This document shows positions 11,007-25,142 of a DNA stretch of 64,000 nt, in pieces. Each line of letters starts with the position of its first letter. The first letter of the stretch is position 1. The position numbers and the translations under genes are program-made. This stretch comes from Mytilus californianus (taxonomy: Eukaryota), in assembly GCF_021869535.1 (NCBI RefSeq), contig NW_026262637.1, positions 15,748,001-15,812,000 of the forward strand, read 5' to 3'. The notes below the pieces were generated by a model. It was not told the DNA's origin and did not search any database. It saw only the letters and a program-made list of their open reading frames with translations.

Positions 11007-14000
11007 CTATACAACTTCCGTTGTCAACCATTTATGTTCTAAAATATCATTCATTGCTATTCTTCTGTCTTCGTCAACTGTGAGCATCTTTGTCAGCAAA
11101 TCCCTGCATTCTGAAATAATCATAACAAGTGTTTGTATACTACATAACTGTTTTAAAAATCTTAAATTCAGTCCATCGATATTATGATACAGCATACATT
11201 TGCGGCAATAATTTAAATCAGATTTTGTGATGATCTTTTAAATACATGTAGCTGAATGCTATCCAAAAAGGCTGTTCGGGTCCTGTTTTGCTTCCGAGTT
11301 GGTTCCTTGGTCGAGTAAATTCAATTGCTATCTCAGTATGTATTGTCTTTATAAAATTGTCGGCAAATAAATTTACCATTGTTATAAAAGTACGGGAAAA
11401 TATGTGCTTCCAGTGAAAATATGTTCTTCCAGTGAAAATATGTTTGTAGTTCGTAACCAGTAAATAGATTTTGAAATTTAACAGGTAAATAGTCTTTTCA
11501 GACAATTTAACAACCCATGGCCAGTTTCTTTCTGTATAATAAAAAAAACTCATTGACTGGTATTGTTCTCATAGCCAGTAATAAGTATATACTAGCTATT
11601 ATAGCCTGTTTTCTAGCCTATACTTTTCTGAGACTAAAAGAGCTAAATTGATCTAATTTTTAAGTTGCACTTTTGTGAATTATATGGCATAGTAAACTAA
11701 CCTTCAAAAATTACTGCGATAATTTTTATAGTCATGCGAACAAAAGTATGGCGATACGGCATAAAAAACTTACCTTCAGAAATTGTTGCGGGAATTTCAC
11801 AGCCTTGTAAAATGCTAAAGTATAGGGATACAAAGTTGTTTTTGGATTCCATTGTAAACGGCAAAGTTCCAATCAAAAGGTAAAATAAATTTACCCCCCT
11901 GAAAAATAAACATAATTGTATTATACAATACATGTAAAACATAACCCTATTTTTCTTTATATTATATATCGGCAATTAAGAATTTACTCGGATTACACCA
12001 TTAGTCGGAGTGTACCTGCTATTTTTTGTTAGACCTATCATGGAAAGTGTTTAGTGAAACGTAAACAGAAAATAATTAAAATTGACTATGTAATTTGTTA
12101 GTTTGACATTCTTTTTGAAGAAAAAAATCATTATATAAATTCAAAATTCAAAAGTTTACATTGAATGATTACGAAACATCTTATAACTGTCCTATTCAAA
12201 GCTCCAACGAACAGAAAATAATCAGATGTTTACTGTTCCTGTTAAAAGAAGACTCTATCAATCACTAAATGATAACAAGCCTAATATGTCTGTTATCACA
12301 AGTTTTTAGCCATCAATAATCATGATAATGCTTATACCAAGCTCTATATATCAATAGATTATCAGAATAAAATTGAGAATGGAAATGGGGAATGTGTCAG
12401 AGAGACAACAATCCGACCAAAGAGCAGAAAACAATAATGAAGCATATTTTTTCGTTAATTCAAGGCTCTATCTATCAACATATTATCAGAGGCCTATTAT
12501 TTCTATTAATTCATTGCTCTATCTATCAATTGGTAATCAGAAGCCTAATGTTGATGTTAATTGAAGGCTCTATCAGTCCAAGGAGGTTATAGTGGAACCA
12601 TCATTGACCAGACATGATAATGAAAAGCCTTTTTTTATCGGACTTTATCTACATATATCTATCAATCATAATCAGAATACGATTTGCACGCCATTCTTAA
12701 ATTTGAATTTTTGTTTACACTAATTTAAGTAAAGAAATAATGTCTACTTGTTTTTCAAAAGAAAGCTTGTTCATAATCTTCATTCTCTTAACTTATCGTA
12801 TTCATAAACATATAATTTAATGTTGGATGTAACGCGTCTTCTGATTGGCTGACGTTGTTTTGTTTATCAGCTCATAGACATAATTTTGTCATGTGACCGT
12901 GACGTCATCAACGTTTTTTCATGGTTTACTCCGGTTTAAAATGGAATTTAGAATTAAATTATAAGAAATGACTGTAATATTTTTTCTGTCTACTCGAAAT
13001 AACATAAAAAATGTGGTGCACACTTTAAAATAACACGCTACGCGGGTTATTCAGTGTGCACCACATTTTTGATGTTATTTCTTCATAGACAGAAAAAATA
13101 TTACAGTCATTCCTTAAAATATTTGATATCATAGAATTAACTTCTTAGTGTACTTTTACTAAAATTTAAAGTTATTATTATAATGAAGGTTAATGTTAAT
13201 TTACATGACTGTATTTAAAATTTATCATGCAATGGAACTGTAAGAAGATTTCGATAAGTGCATAGATCATATATATAACTGGGAAGAAATAGTTTACTTG
13301 ATTATTGTAAGGGTTTGTAGATAAGATTGTTAGTACTTACAGACTCCATATATCTGATGCTGTGGTATAGTTTCTTTTACTGAGAACTTCCGGTGCAATG
13401 AACGAAGGTGAACCACAAAAGTGAAGTTTATTTTCTATTCCTTCAAGACTGGTACTCAATCCAAAATCTAATCAATGAAAATAAATTTAAAATAAAGATG
13501 AATATCTAATTTCTACGCTTATCTTATAACAGGGATGTCAATATCAAAATTTGAAGCTGATTTGGTAAAATAATGAATTTCGGGTACTTTTTATAAACGA
13601 AATGTGTTGGTGTATTAATTCATTACTAAACATTTTTACCCGTATTTGAAAGAAAAAACAAAGAAAAGAACAACGCTTTACCCAACCCCAGAAGCTATTA
13701 TTGTGTATGTATGGAGAACAACCAGAATTCAACATATAAAAAACTTGATTCAATGATGTATTAAGTCAGGTTCGACGTAACGTTACGTCTAAGTCGGATT
13801 AGAACTTTGAAAAAAAATGAATGCAAAGAATAAAATAAAGAGGTTTTTAGAATATGATTTTAGAATCGATCACCTGCTATTTTCACTTTTCCATCTTTTT
13901 CTAAAACCATGTTATCTAGTTTTAAATCCCTGTGAAATAAAATCATCATTTTTATTCTTATAGTCATTATTTTGTATTTTATATATCAAGCTTTATATAT

Positions 14001-16517
14001 CAGGCTTTTTAAATGTTTGATTTATCCATTTCTTCAATAATTTATTTCATTCGTAATGAAATTAAAAAAAAAAGGTTCGATTTTTTTTTCGTATATGACA
14101 GTTTGTCTGCCACACATTCAATAAACTGAAAATATAACTGTTATCAATGCATCTTTATATATGCAAGTAATTTTTATTACATGTATGTTCAAGTTAATTA
14201 TAATATATGAATTACACCTTAACTGTTTCAGTAATCTATTTACCAGATCAACTGAAAATGTCATTAATTGTAAGAATCTTTTTAAGTCGGTCGATATCTC
14301 TTTTTTCTTTTAAGTCTAAAAGTATGTTCTGTTTTGGTCTAATGAGTTATGTCTATTTAAAATGAAGTTGATGGCTGGTTGCCTTGTATTGATTCATGAT
14401 GGGGCAGCACTTTTACAATCAAGTTTATCCTTCACATATGAATAATTCATTTTGTTTTCTACGAGTTACCTGTGTAAAATGCCTTTATTGTGCATATAGT
14501 CTACAGCTGAACAGATCTGTGTCATAATAGATTTACCCTCTGTTTCTTCAATCTGTTTCCTTGAAGACAAGAAAAGTTTGACAGATCTTTATAAATTAGA
14601 TGAACAAAATTGACTTTCAAAAAAACAATAAGAATAAATATGAAGAATAACTGTTTAAATATATAGATTGGTTAAGATAAAAAAAAATGTAGAAGGCAGA
14701 CATTAAAGTAACATCTTTGAATATTGTCTTCGTTGGTACTGACATTGATTTTATTTTCAACAGTTTGATACATAACTTAGCAAGTATCGTCAACCAGTTA
14801 TTAACAGATAATATAATATATGGTCCTACTTGTTGATGATACTTATATGTTGGCATTGCAGAAGATCAAGTTTTTCCAAGACCGCGTATCATGTCTTGAC
14901 AGTAAACCCGTTGGAATACATCTTCAAGTACATGTGCATGTATTGAAAATAAATCTACAAAATAGCCTTTGACGCCTTTAGAAATGTTGTTTTCATGTTT
15001 GAGGTTTATCAATTGATATTTTAGTCCGAACCAACATGATTCATTTGTAAGCTGTTTGTTGTTTTTGTGTGTGCTTGGAACCTGTATATTAAATTTGAGT
15101 GGGACTCTTACCCATTGATTATGACAGTTGGTTCTCTGTGGTATAACACAGTCCTTTGGGGATTGAGCGCGCACACCCATGTTTAACCAAGCCGTATTCT
15201 ATGAGTGCCTGTCCCAAGCCATGAGCCAATAAGCAAGTGGTGTTCGTTGGTTACCTTATTGTTATAGTAAGTCATCCCGTAGCCTTTTATGAGTTACTAT
15301 GCGGGATACGTTTTGCTCATTGTTGAAGGCCGTACGATGACCTGTAATTGTTGACATCTTTGTTGTATGGTCTTAATGGATAGTTCTCTTATTGTCAATC
15401 TCATCACATCTCATTTTTTAATCTTTTCTTTAAATCTATATGTTTTATAAAACATTTGTTAAAGATAGGAAATTGTTTGTAAATCCTTATGTATTATTGT
15501 TCCTTTTTAAACAGATATCTTTGGTGATACATATACCACTTTTAAGGGAAAAAAGATTCTTGTATAAATTTCTGTTTGATTTACTTCACCCACCCTTTTG
15601 AAGTGTACCTATAATTTGTAAGTAAACTTGTAATTAACATAAAGACGAACGAGTGCAGTAATGGGTTTAAATCACATTTTTTTTTATTCATGGAAGTGTT
15701 TTTTTCTCCCATTTCAATTTAAGTTAGTTTCTGGTTCATTATATGGATATACTTGGTTCATAATCACCATTTAAACAATAAATAAATATTTACCTTCGTT
15801 TTAAATAATCCTTCATATTTTCTCCTTCAACTAGTTCTAAAACCAGATAAAAATTGCGTCCAGTTTCCATCCACTCCAAACAACGAACAATATTTGGATG
15901 GTCTAGACCTTTCTGCACTTTAATTTCACTGCAAAATCGTTTCTTTATTTTCTCCTGCTGCAGAATTGAACTTTTGGGAATTATTTTTATTGCCACCTAG
16001 TAAAAAATCAAAAATACAAATTGAAAGCATAATCTTATGTTCACTGTTGAGAAGTCATATTTGTATGATGTTTTCTATAATTCATAACTTTATAACCACT
16101 TCCCTATGGTACTATTTAAGTATATTCTGATAATGTAGCCAGCTTCCGAAATGCTAAGTACAAATATACAACCGAAACTCAAGATTAAAATTATCTAAGT
16201 CCTGTTTTGTCGGCATGAAATTTATAACATAAGATTCGGGTACAATTTTTTAAAGAAAACAATTAATACACAAATTTGAACAGTTAATTTCTATACATTT
16301 TGTATTTGTACATTATTTTTAAATTTGGCATTTGACAAGTTTTCAGACCCGACAAATATCTTACCGTTTGTTCATTCTGTAAATGTTTGCCTTCTCGAAC
16401 AGTGGAAAACGAGCCTTTTCCCAGAGTTTTTCCTATCTTATAGTTTCCAACCTGCTTTTTGATATCCAATGGTATAAACTGATCCTGGAAAACATCCTCA
16501 AACATCGAACAGGCCAT
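11007..16517 (-). CDS. HUNK-like CAMK-group Ser/Thr kinase, 7 coding exons, 285 aa, kinase domain only
   Basis: Exons 16517-16365, 15996-15794, 14559-14470, 13929-13874, 13467-13341, 11898-11774 and 11110-11007 are all GT-AG with matching phases (858 nt). They give GKGSFSTV, VAIK, HRDLKLDN, DFG, CGSPSFIAPE, DIWSLGVN and GTLPFT. The VGNY..G, GVN and GTLPFT motifs point to the HUNK subfamily; orthology is untested. Confidence 0.92.
12820..13116. mobile_element. Non-autonomous element with ~155-bp terminal palindrome, inside a kinase intron
   Basis: 12962-13116: taagaaatgactgtaatattttttctgtcta...tgtggtgcacac / gtgtgcaccacattttt...tagacagaaaaaatattacagtcattcctta around the core aacacgctacgcgggtt, preceded by a ctgattggctga block. 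Confidence 0.65.
15170..15422 (-). repeat. Family A repeat (inverted) in a kinase intron
   Basis: tgcctgtcccaagcc...ttgctcattgttgaaggccgtacg...atcacatctcattttt is the reverse complement of the family A blocks. Confidence 0.65.
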
Positions 16518-16689
16518 TGTTAGGGAAACCAGTCATTTCTGTAAGGCAGAGTAAACATACGAGAACTGATAGTAGTTAGGTAAAGCAGACATAAGTCTGT
16601 TCAATAAAGCCAATACAAGAAAGCTTAAGGCTATCGCTGTAGGCAAAATATTTCTTGCTGAAAAACAAACACTGTCTCGTCAATAGCTA

Positions 16690-17295
16690 ACGTCACAGTA
16701 CCCAAATTGCACCGAGTACCCAAATTGCACCTATTTAGCAATAGAAACAGCGGAAATCTTACAAGTTTTTTTAGAGACTAAACAATTTGTATTTTTATGA
16801 TTTGACATTATTGCACGTCTTTCAACATAACTAAATATATGAAGATGTGCACAAAATTGTCACTGTATATATCATCAGATGAAGTATTCACTGGAAAAAG
16901 TAAAATCTATGGCGACGTTCACTAAAAGGCATCTTTTAAAAATTAGCAAAATAAAACATGTTACAAGCATCAATTTCTTAAAAAGTAAGCATGGACTAAT
17001 GTCACATTGTTCTAAATATTTGAAGAAATAAAACAAAACATCTGTCATTCGATTTTTAAGTATGTGAATTTATGCAATTTGGGTACTCCTCATTATAGAA
17101 TCATGGATCGTTTGGAGGTCGGTTCAATCCCATTTTTCTATGATTCAATATGGATTCAAAATTAAATTGGTGGAACTATATAGTAAATAAGAATACATCT
17201 ACAAAATAAACCCAGAATGGAAACTTTTGTCGGGATCATAAGTAAACGTAGGTGAAAAAACTGTCAAAATAGGTGCAATTTGGGTACTCTCACGT
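16690..17295. mobile_element. MITE with ~25-bp TIRs and TA flanks
   Basis: Left acgtcacagtacccaaattgcacc versus right ggtgcaatttgggtactctcacgt, with TA on both sides. The gtacccaaattgca motif is repeated internally. Confidence 0.75.
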
Positions 17296-17872
17296 TAGGC
17301 ATAAAACAAGCCGTGTATGTAAAACAACAAGACATATTAAATCACTTAAGTATATCTACGCCACTCTGGGGGTTCTAATGATACATAAAGTTATGATGAA
17401 GGAGTTTATCGGCAATAAGAACATTTCCCTTTGATCTTACTGCCTAACATTTTCAACATCATGGACAGGACTTGATACTCTAGTTCAAATGAAAAGTAAA
17501 AAAACAACCTTATTAACAAAAAAAAACATTAACAAACAAAAAATTTTAACCGACGACAACCAAGGACAAACACTGACTTGGGACAGGCATTAGGCAATGA
17601 CGTCATGTATCAGTGCAGCAACATCACGTGTTCATGTCCGTCCGCTTCAATTTATCAATGCACGCGACTTCATTCGTACAACCGAACAACTATCCCAACG
17701 TTTTGTACGCGTAAAAGTAGTTTTACTTCTTATTTCATTTTACTTCATATTGTCATCCAAAAAATAAAATACAGTTAGGACAAATTGCCGATAAAAAGAA
17801 TAGTGGCATTTTATTTTTTGATACTGACTTCATTAGCTCGAATATCCATTCAGAAAACAAAAGCAAATAAAC

Positions 17873-18692
17873 ACTAGATTTGCCATTGCAAGCAATAGCG
17901 GATGGCACCCTTCCCACATTGCCACTAAACTGCAGCCATTTTGAAAATTAAAAACAGTCAAAGCACTTAAATGCATTACAACAAATTTGTCTGTAAATTT
18001 TCGGAAAATTTGTAACATTTTTTATTTTTTTTTATTTTTGCAGTTTCCATGGCAACGGCGGCCATTTTGGAAATTCCGAAGTCCAAAGTCTTATCTCCAA
18101 TTGTCAGTTACCATTTAGTTTCATTTAGTTTAGACCATTTTGAAATTTTTGGATATTTTTGCTGTTTCCATGGTTACGGTGTCCATTTCGAAAATTCCAA
18201 CAACAGTTGCAACATTGACTTATGTCATGTTATATATTCATGATGTTTCTTTGAGTTTGATCTTATATTCCTTTAGAAAATGCTGGTTTGATGTTTTTTT
18301 CCATAGGGTCAATGTTAAACTTTTCTCCAGTTTCCATGGCAATGGCAGCCATTTTGAAAATTCCAAGTACTGTTGGTACCTCAGGGCATCACTACCAACA
18401 TTTACATAAACTTTCAAGAGATTGCCTCTTATAACGAAAGATTTAGAATTTGCATTTTTTTTCACATTTTTTCAGTTTCCATGGCAACGGCAGCCATCTT
18501 GATGATGCCATACCCCGATTGCACAATTTTATATAGTGGTCTACATTATGGTATAGTTCCATCAATATTGTTCAAGCCAATTCTGAGAAATAGCATGGAC
18601 AAAAAAGTGTGGAAGAATAAATATAATAATAAGAAAAAAAAGAAACGAACAATAACAATATGTCACCCCAACTCGGTTGAGGGTGCCATAAT
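17873..18692. mobile_element. Helentron-type non-autonomous element with internal tandem repeats
   Basis: Subterminal inverted repeats atggcaccc (17902-17910) and gggtgccat (18681-18689), a terminal hairpin caccccaac-tcg-gttgagggtg, an aat-rich microsatellite, and four internal units sharing gtttccatggcaacggcggccattttg. Confidence 0.65.
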
Positions 18693-21600
18693 TACGTTTT
18701 ATGAACCTTTTAAAAATGTGTACCGTGTAGCTTCTTCGACAAAAGACAGAAATTGGAAAAAACGTTAATGCACACTTACATGAACTTGTACAACAAATAA
18801 AGATCATCAAAGCCTCAATCACGTCCGTAGAAAATATCCCTGCAGCTCATGTAACTATGTATTTTAACATGTATTTTTCACCAAACTATCACTCCGTGTT
18901 CTCACATCATTAATGTCATAAATTCCAATCTGAATACGATACATAGACCAAAGTAAACTACAAGTAGCGTGAAGCACGCCCTAAATTACTAAGTCTTCAT
19001 AACTTTATTGTCAATACACAAATATTTTAAAGTTTCAAATGCGAACTCGTTTTCAGTTAAGTATCCGGCTTATAATGAAGACCAATGTAATGGACTTACA
19101 CATACCGTTATTCTTTGATATAGGTTGTCAATAAACCGTCATTTGTATATGAAAGACATTTGAACCCATCTATAGTTTATCATTAAATATTTCCATATCA
19201 TATTTACATGTGTATTTACAATTTAGAGTTATTTACAAAAGGGCATTTAAATTTCTTTAAATGGATCCGACTTTTCACATCAATGTTTAATAACTGAAGT
19301 TTGTTATAAAATTAGGAATTTAACAAAAACATTTTATTTTGCAGTAAACCTGTTTCATAACATAATTATGTTAAGTAAAAAATACAGCGGTAATCTCCCA
19401 GATTAACCTTCCTTTAATTTTTGTGAATAAATATTTGTTATAAAATTCTTATAAATATGAATCCGATTAAACAAATATCGACTAGTATACATACAAGGTT
19501 ACATAACATCAGCTACTTCCATTTGTGGTGCAATTGTATAATTATATTCGTTAAAATTATTAACTTTCTTTCTTCCTGTAATTTGGTACAAATGTAGTCG
19601 GGTAGAATACTTTATGGTGATGTAATTGTTATCCTTTTTCTCATTACAAGCAAAAAGTAATGGGATATGTTTATTGAATCATGTTATTTACACAAAATCC
19701 TTACACGCAAGCACAAACAGAAAAATAACATTAGTTTTTTTTTTACTATTTTTCGTCTCAATATTGCAATGAGGGCTTCAACAAGGAGCATAAGATATCA
19801 TCTCATAGCAATTTTATATAGCGATTAATGGCGTCAGTTTGGGCAAAATTAGTCGCAAGATGTCGATAACGTGCATTGAAAACTGTTTAAGATGCGACGT
19901 AATAACTGTAAAAAAAATGATTTGTGTATCAATATCCAATTGAAACTACTATTGTATAAAAATAAGAAGATGTGACCTATGATTGCCAATGAGACAACTA
20001 GAATGTGTTTTTTTTTAAAGTTGTGGGGACGATGCCAATGTAAATGATTTGCTAATCAAAGGTTAGAGAGAAACAAATATCTCTTGTAAGAAAGACCAAC
20101 AGAAGGTCAGAGTGAAACATATACATGTATCTATTGTAAGAAATGAGTTAGGAAAGTAATACATCAGTCTAATTCAAATTATTTACAATTCCAATTATGA
20201 ATTTTTTTCTGAACAATATAGAAATTTAATGTACTTGTTATGACTGGAAGACTTTCTTTGACAGATACAAAGATTGTATATTATATAGAATGTCAATCTA
20301 ACAGTAGGGTATCTCGGGTGAAATCGATTTTAATTTTGTGTAAATAACCTAATTGCTAGTACTGAAGGTTCAAATTTATTGTTAAATAAAATAAAATAAG
20401 ATAAAAAAATATTAGCCGAGGTGTCTAATTGAAAAACAACATCGTAGAATCTGGACGATTGATAGCCTGACGTATTGTATATTTTACACTTTTTGAATTC
20501 CTAATGTTGATCTCTGAAAGTCTTTTAAATTTTTGTCGTTGGGTTGATCTTATCTTACGTATACCATACAACGCCTGTCTTAAACAGTTTTGTTTGTAAT
20601 GTTTATCCAAATTTTCGACAGTGTTTCTATTGTTTCAAACCTTCGAGGGAATTATCAAATTTTAACAACAATTTTTCTACATTCTTATTGACATAAAAGT
20701 TAACATCAATTTTGTTGGATTGTATGGTCAGTTGTAGTGTTCAATATTTGTTTGTAATTCTTGGGATCCTTTCTTGTAATTATATATCAAAATATAAAAC
20801 ACTTTATTGCATTACATTGACGATGCAAAAATCTTTCCTTTTCTGCCAGAATTGTGTTTTAAATGGAATCGCTTATTTAGAAATTTCAGGACCGGAAAAT
20901 TACCAAAAATATTATTGAGGTTTACAGAGCAATGCTTGAACTTTCTGTGTGCTTTTATGTTTGCATTATTTTTTTTTTATATAAAACATTGTCGTTTTAA
21001 TTAGTTGTGTCATGTAAGTAAGTTTTTAGGAAACCTTCAAGAGATTATGCATAGGGTAATTCAATTCACTTCATGTTTTTAAAATTAAAACTGAAATTGG
21101 GCCATTTACATGCATAGTTTTCTATCATATACCTTCCAGATTTACTCAAAATTTCATGGAAATTGAAAATACTACAGATTAAACAGAATTTGCAACTAGG
21201 TACATGTACAATATCACATAAAAAATGGTAGATTTACAAATGTATTAAGGGACTGGATTGTGACTGGACTTGGACTCCTGTCGACTTAATTTCTATTCCA
21301 CATAACTCGTTGACTATGTTAATACGTGAAGTGACTCGTCACCTGTCCATATAAGTTAAACGTATCATAATCAAAATACAAAAAAAACAATATCTTCCAA
21401 CAATACATTAATGTTATTACAGTCCCAGTTTTCGACTTTGTGGACACAGCTTAGGTAAACACCAGTGACAACTCTTTAGGGTGATATCGGAGAATCTAAA
21501 CTTCTATTTTGTATATATTAAAACACTATAAAAAAAACTATGAAAAATGAGATTTCATGCTTTATAAATATGCGTCTATAAACTAAACGTGTATATGCGT

Positions 21601-21706
21601 GTAAACTGTCGTTTAAAGAACGGTTAACAATAAATCATTTGCTAAGGTGTTTCTTAGGATTGATATATTTTCGTTATGGAATATAAAGTTTTGAAATAAA
21701 AATTTA

Positions 21707-22024
21707 TGCTGCGTTCACGCGTAATTCGAATTCGGTTCGCATTAACTAATTCGAATTAGTTTAATTCACATTCGAAACGTTTTACGTCCAAATGTAAATT
21801 CTAATTCGAATTGAAATGCGCGTCAAATTCGCTTTACTATCCAAACGACGTTAACTTTTAATTCGTATCAACAAAAACGCATTTCTAATGCGATTTGGAT
21901 AATGCGATTTAGCGAATTCGAATCAATTCGAATTAAAAAAGAAGAGTGTGTGAACGCGATTAGCGAATTCGATTCGCATTCGATGCGAATTCAATTCGAA
22001 TTAAATGTACGTGTGAACGAGGCA
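21707..22024. mobile_element. CpG-rich MITE built from AATTCGAATT palindromes
   Basis: TIRs tgctgcgttcacgcgta and tacgtgtgaacgaggca, TA on both flanks, and many aattcgaatt/gcgaattc motifs inside. Confidence 0.75.
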
Positions 22025-22199
22025 TAAATCATTGGGTAGAGTAACACGTTTGCAATAGTCCTTTCTATAAATTGTTTTTATTGCAGTCACGTGAAACAAA
22101 AATAATTTTCCGGTTTCATGAGACTTTAAAGAAATAAACCGAGGTTAATTGAAAAGAACGCGATTTTGGTCCAATGTAAATAATAAAATGACGTTTGTC

Positions 22200-22536
22200 C
22201 TTATGTTGTGCTGTTACACCACTGTGCAAGGTTAGGGGAGGGTTGGACGTTCATAATAATGTTTAAACCTGACTTTTAAAGTCAGTGGTTGTCGTGTGTT
22301 GCTGCCTGAAATATTTGTATTTCGTTTATTGTTTTGTCACAAATCAGGCCTTTATTTTTTTTCGTTTAAATTGTTCCACATTTGACATATCTAGGTCTTT
22401 TGTAGCGGACTATACGGTGTGGGATTTTCTCATTGTTGGAGTCCGTACGGTGACCGATAGTTGCTGAAATCCGCTTCTCTTGGGCGCTATTGGATAGTTG
22501 TTTCAAACTAAATCATACCACATCTTCTTTTTTATA
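22200..22536 (-). repeat. Family A repeat (inverted)
   Basis: Ends ggatagttgtttc...aatcataccacatcttcttttttata, the reverse complement of the family A terminus. Confidence 0.65.
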
Positions 22537-23357
22537 TTATTCCTCGCCTTTGATACAGATGACATATATTTATCAATAAAAAAAAATCCTATATAGATGT
22601 TTCTCTGTCTAATCTAAGAAATTGCTAATTGGTTTTTAAAATTAAAAATATAACACTAGATTTACAATTTTTTTCTTTGGGTAGCTGTCTCATTGTCGAA
22701 AACAAACATATTGATAATCCATGATCTATACCGACTAAAATGTATCATACATTTATTTTAAGATTCAGAATGCTTTCAGCATATCAAGTACAATCAACAT
22801 ACATGTAAAAATTAAATACAAACTACTTACAGATATCCGCTCGCCACGATATAGCCATTTGTGCTGAGGCGGAGTAAAGCAAACACCAATCAATCAATAT
22901 ACTTACAGAACAATAAACTGCCAATGAAATATACTTTATCACTTAGCTCCACTTACACACAACAAAAACGAACAACATCAGCATCTTAAAATTCGATTTT
23001 ATTTTTCCAATGTGAAGAAGGATCGCTGTTAGATGCTTTACGTAATATCTAGATATTAAAACATTTGCAGTTCGTTACGTTATTATTAATTATGTTTTAA
23101 GACCACCCGCTGGTTCATTAAGTTTAATTATTTAATGTTTCATGTTTACAGCCGATTAATTGATTAGGTATTTAAAAAAAACTAATAGCCTATTCCGTCA
23201 GGTGACTCAGAGATATTTATGTCTAAACATTTTAAAAGAAACGGAAAATGTTATAAGTACTTAACGCATGTGTTATAAAAAAAAAACAAATTTTACCTGA
23301 CTTGAAAAATATGCCTTTATTTTATGTCATGATAGGAGAATCTCTTAAGACTTACAA

Positions 23358-23590
23358 CAAAAAGTGTGAAAAGGCCTGTAGGTCGTTTATCATGAAATAG
23401 TACATCATTAGGTATTTATTCTGCAATTTACTATGCTATATTTCACAATACAATGGATTTTGTTTGCTATAAAAAAAAAAGTGGGACAAGACCTGTAGGC
23501 TGTTTATCTTGAAAAAAGTACATCATTATGTATTTTTCTGCAATATACAATAATGTTATATTTTATAATACAATGGCATTGCTTGTTATA
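23358..23590 (+). repeat. Diverged tandem duplication, ~113-bp unit, two copies
   Basis: aaaagtg...cctgtagg..gtttatc.tgaaa.agtacatcatta.gtattt.ttctgcaat...aatacaatgg occurs twice. Confidence 0.75.
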
Positions 23591-24058
23591 AGCATAACAC
23601 ATCTTAATGACTTTTAAATTCCGAAAACATTTTTTACATTATAAAAATTGTCTTTTAATCAGGTCATATATACCCGAGTGGACTAGCAGTCTTATGTAAG
23701 AACAGTGTGATTATAAAATTAAGAGTGTTACGAGAATCAAAGCAATTGCAAAAGATTAGTTAACGTTTTATTTTTAAAATTTATTATAACAACTAAATAT
23801 TTAATACTTTTGAGTTCGGATACACTAGGATATAACGTAGACATGAGATTATTTAATGGAATATACAATCTGTTAATGCTGATACATTTTCTAAAGCCTG
23901 AGAGTTATCAGATTCTTGAATATATTGATACGGCATAATCCACTAGTGGGATATAAAAAGCATTTCAATCTCCAATTTCACTAAATTAAAATAGGAGACA
24001 TTTTATCACTTAATAGATATTTTACATCCATAAAGAAAAATATGTTTCAGTATAGAAA

Positions 24059-24670
24059 TAAAAAGATGTGTTGTGATTGCCAATGAGACGGAGAGTTCCA
24101 CCAGACACCAAATGACGTTACAGTTAGCAACTAAAGGTCACCTACGATATTTTTCAAACAATGAATAAAACTAATACCGCATAGCAAGCCATAAAAGGCC
24201 CGACATGACACATGTAAAACAATTCAATCGAGAAACTAACGACCTGATTTATATATGAAATAATAAACAAAAATAGATATGGTAAACAACACCAAACGAC
24301 AACCACTGAAATTAGGCCCCTTACTTGGGACAGGCACATACATAATGTGGAGGGGTTAAACATGTTTTGCAGGTGCTTACTCACACCTTCCTCCTCTCCA
24401 TACCTGGGACAGTGGCGTAACAACACAACATAAAACAAAACTACACAAAATACGTTTAAAAAGGTTAGACTCATCAGCATATTAGCACCAACAAAAAAAA
24501 AACTAGCAAAAAGTCACAAAGTACTGATCAGTGAGTACTAGCAGCTACTGAAAGTTAGTTTAAATCCAATAACATCTGATAAAAAATCATGTAACAAATA
24601 CATCCATATTAATCAATACCCATCCATTGATTTAGTGTAAAGACGTCATAAACAGTCAGAGAAAAAGAGG
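24059..24670 (+). repeat. Family A repeat, long copy
   Basis: aagatgtgttgtgattgccaatgagac...cttgggacaggcacatacataatgtggaggggttaaacatg...tagtgtaaagacgtcataaacagtcagag. Confidence 0.7.
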
Positions 24671-25142
24671 GTCCTGTGAAATGCAGAAATGTAAATATTG
24701 ATAGAAGTAGGACCGTAAATGTTTATAGCTGTATAACAAAAAAAAATATGTTTTAATTTACTGATAACAAAATCATTCTGGTTCATTTCATTAATGTTAG
24801 ATTATTTTTAATGGTGGAAATGGTCACTTTGCATAGCTAGAGTACTGGTAATGTTAATCTTCATTAGTTAATCATTCAAAACGTATTAAACTTTTCTCAA
24901 TCTAATTGTCGAAAGTACTATATTAAGTAGTATATGTTCATGAAGTCCTAACATTCACCTTTCTGAATTTATAGTACTACTGGTAATTTCATTTATCATA
25001 TTATATAAGCGTGTTTTTAGCTGTCTTACACAATCGGCAAACACATTAAACGGACTAAATTGAAAGTTCTGATTTTAATCAGTTTGGTCCACACCATATT
25101 CTTTTGATTTCCAAAATATTTACACTAGACCCTATGGATATA

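Noticed and set aside
14245-14320. DLK-containing minus-strand stretch as the kinase HRDLK exon
   Set aside because: Wrong phase and an in-frame stop; the true exon is 13929-13874 (DLKLDNMVLEKDGKVKIA).
17833-18822. Cluster of overlapping ORFs on both strands
   Set aside because: They arise from the internal tandem repeats of a non-autonomous Helentron-type element.
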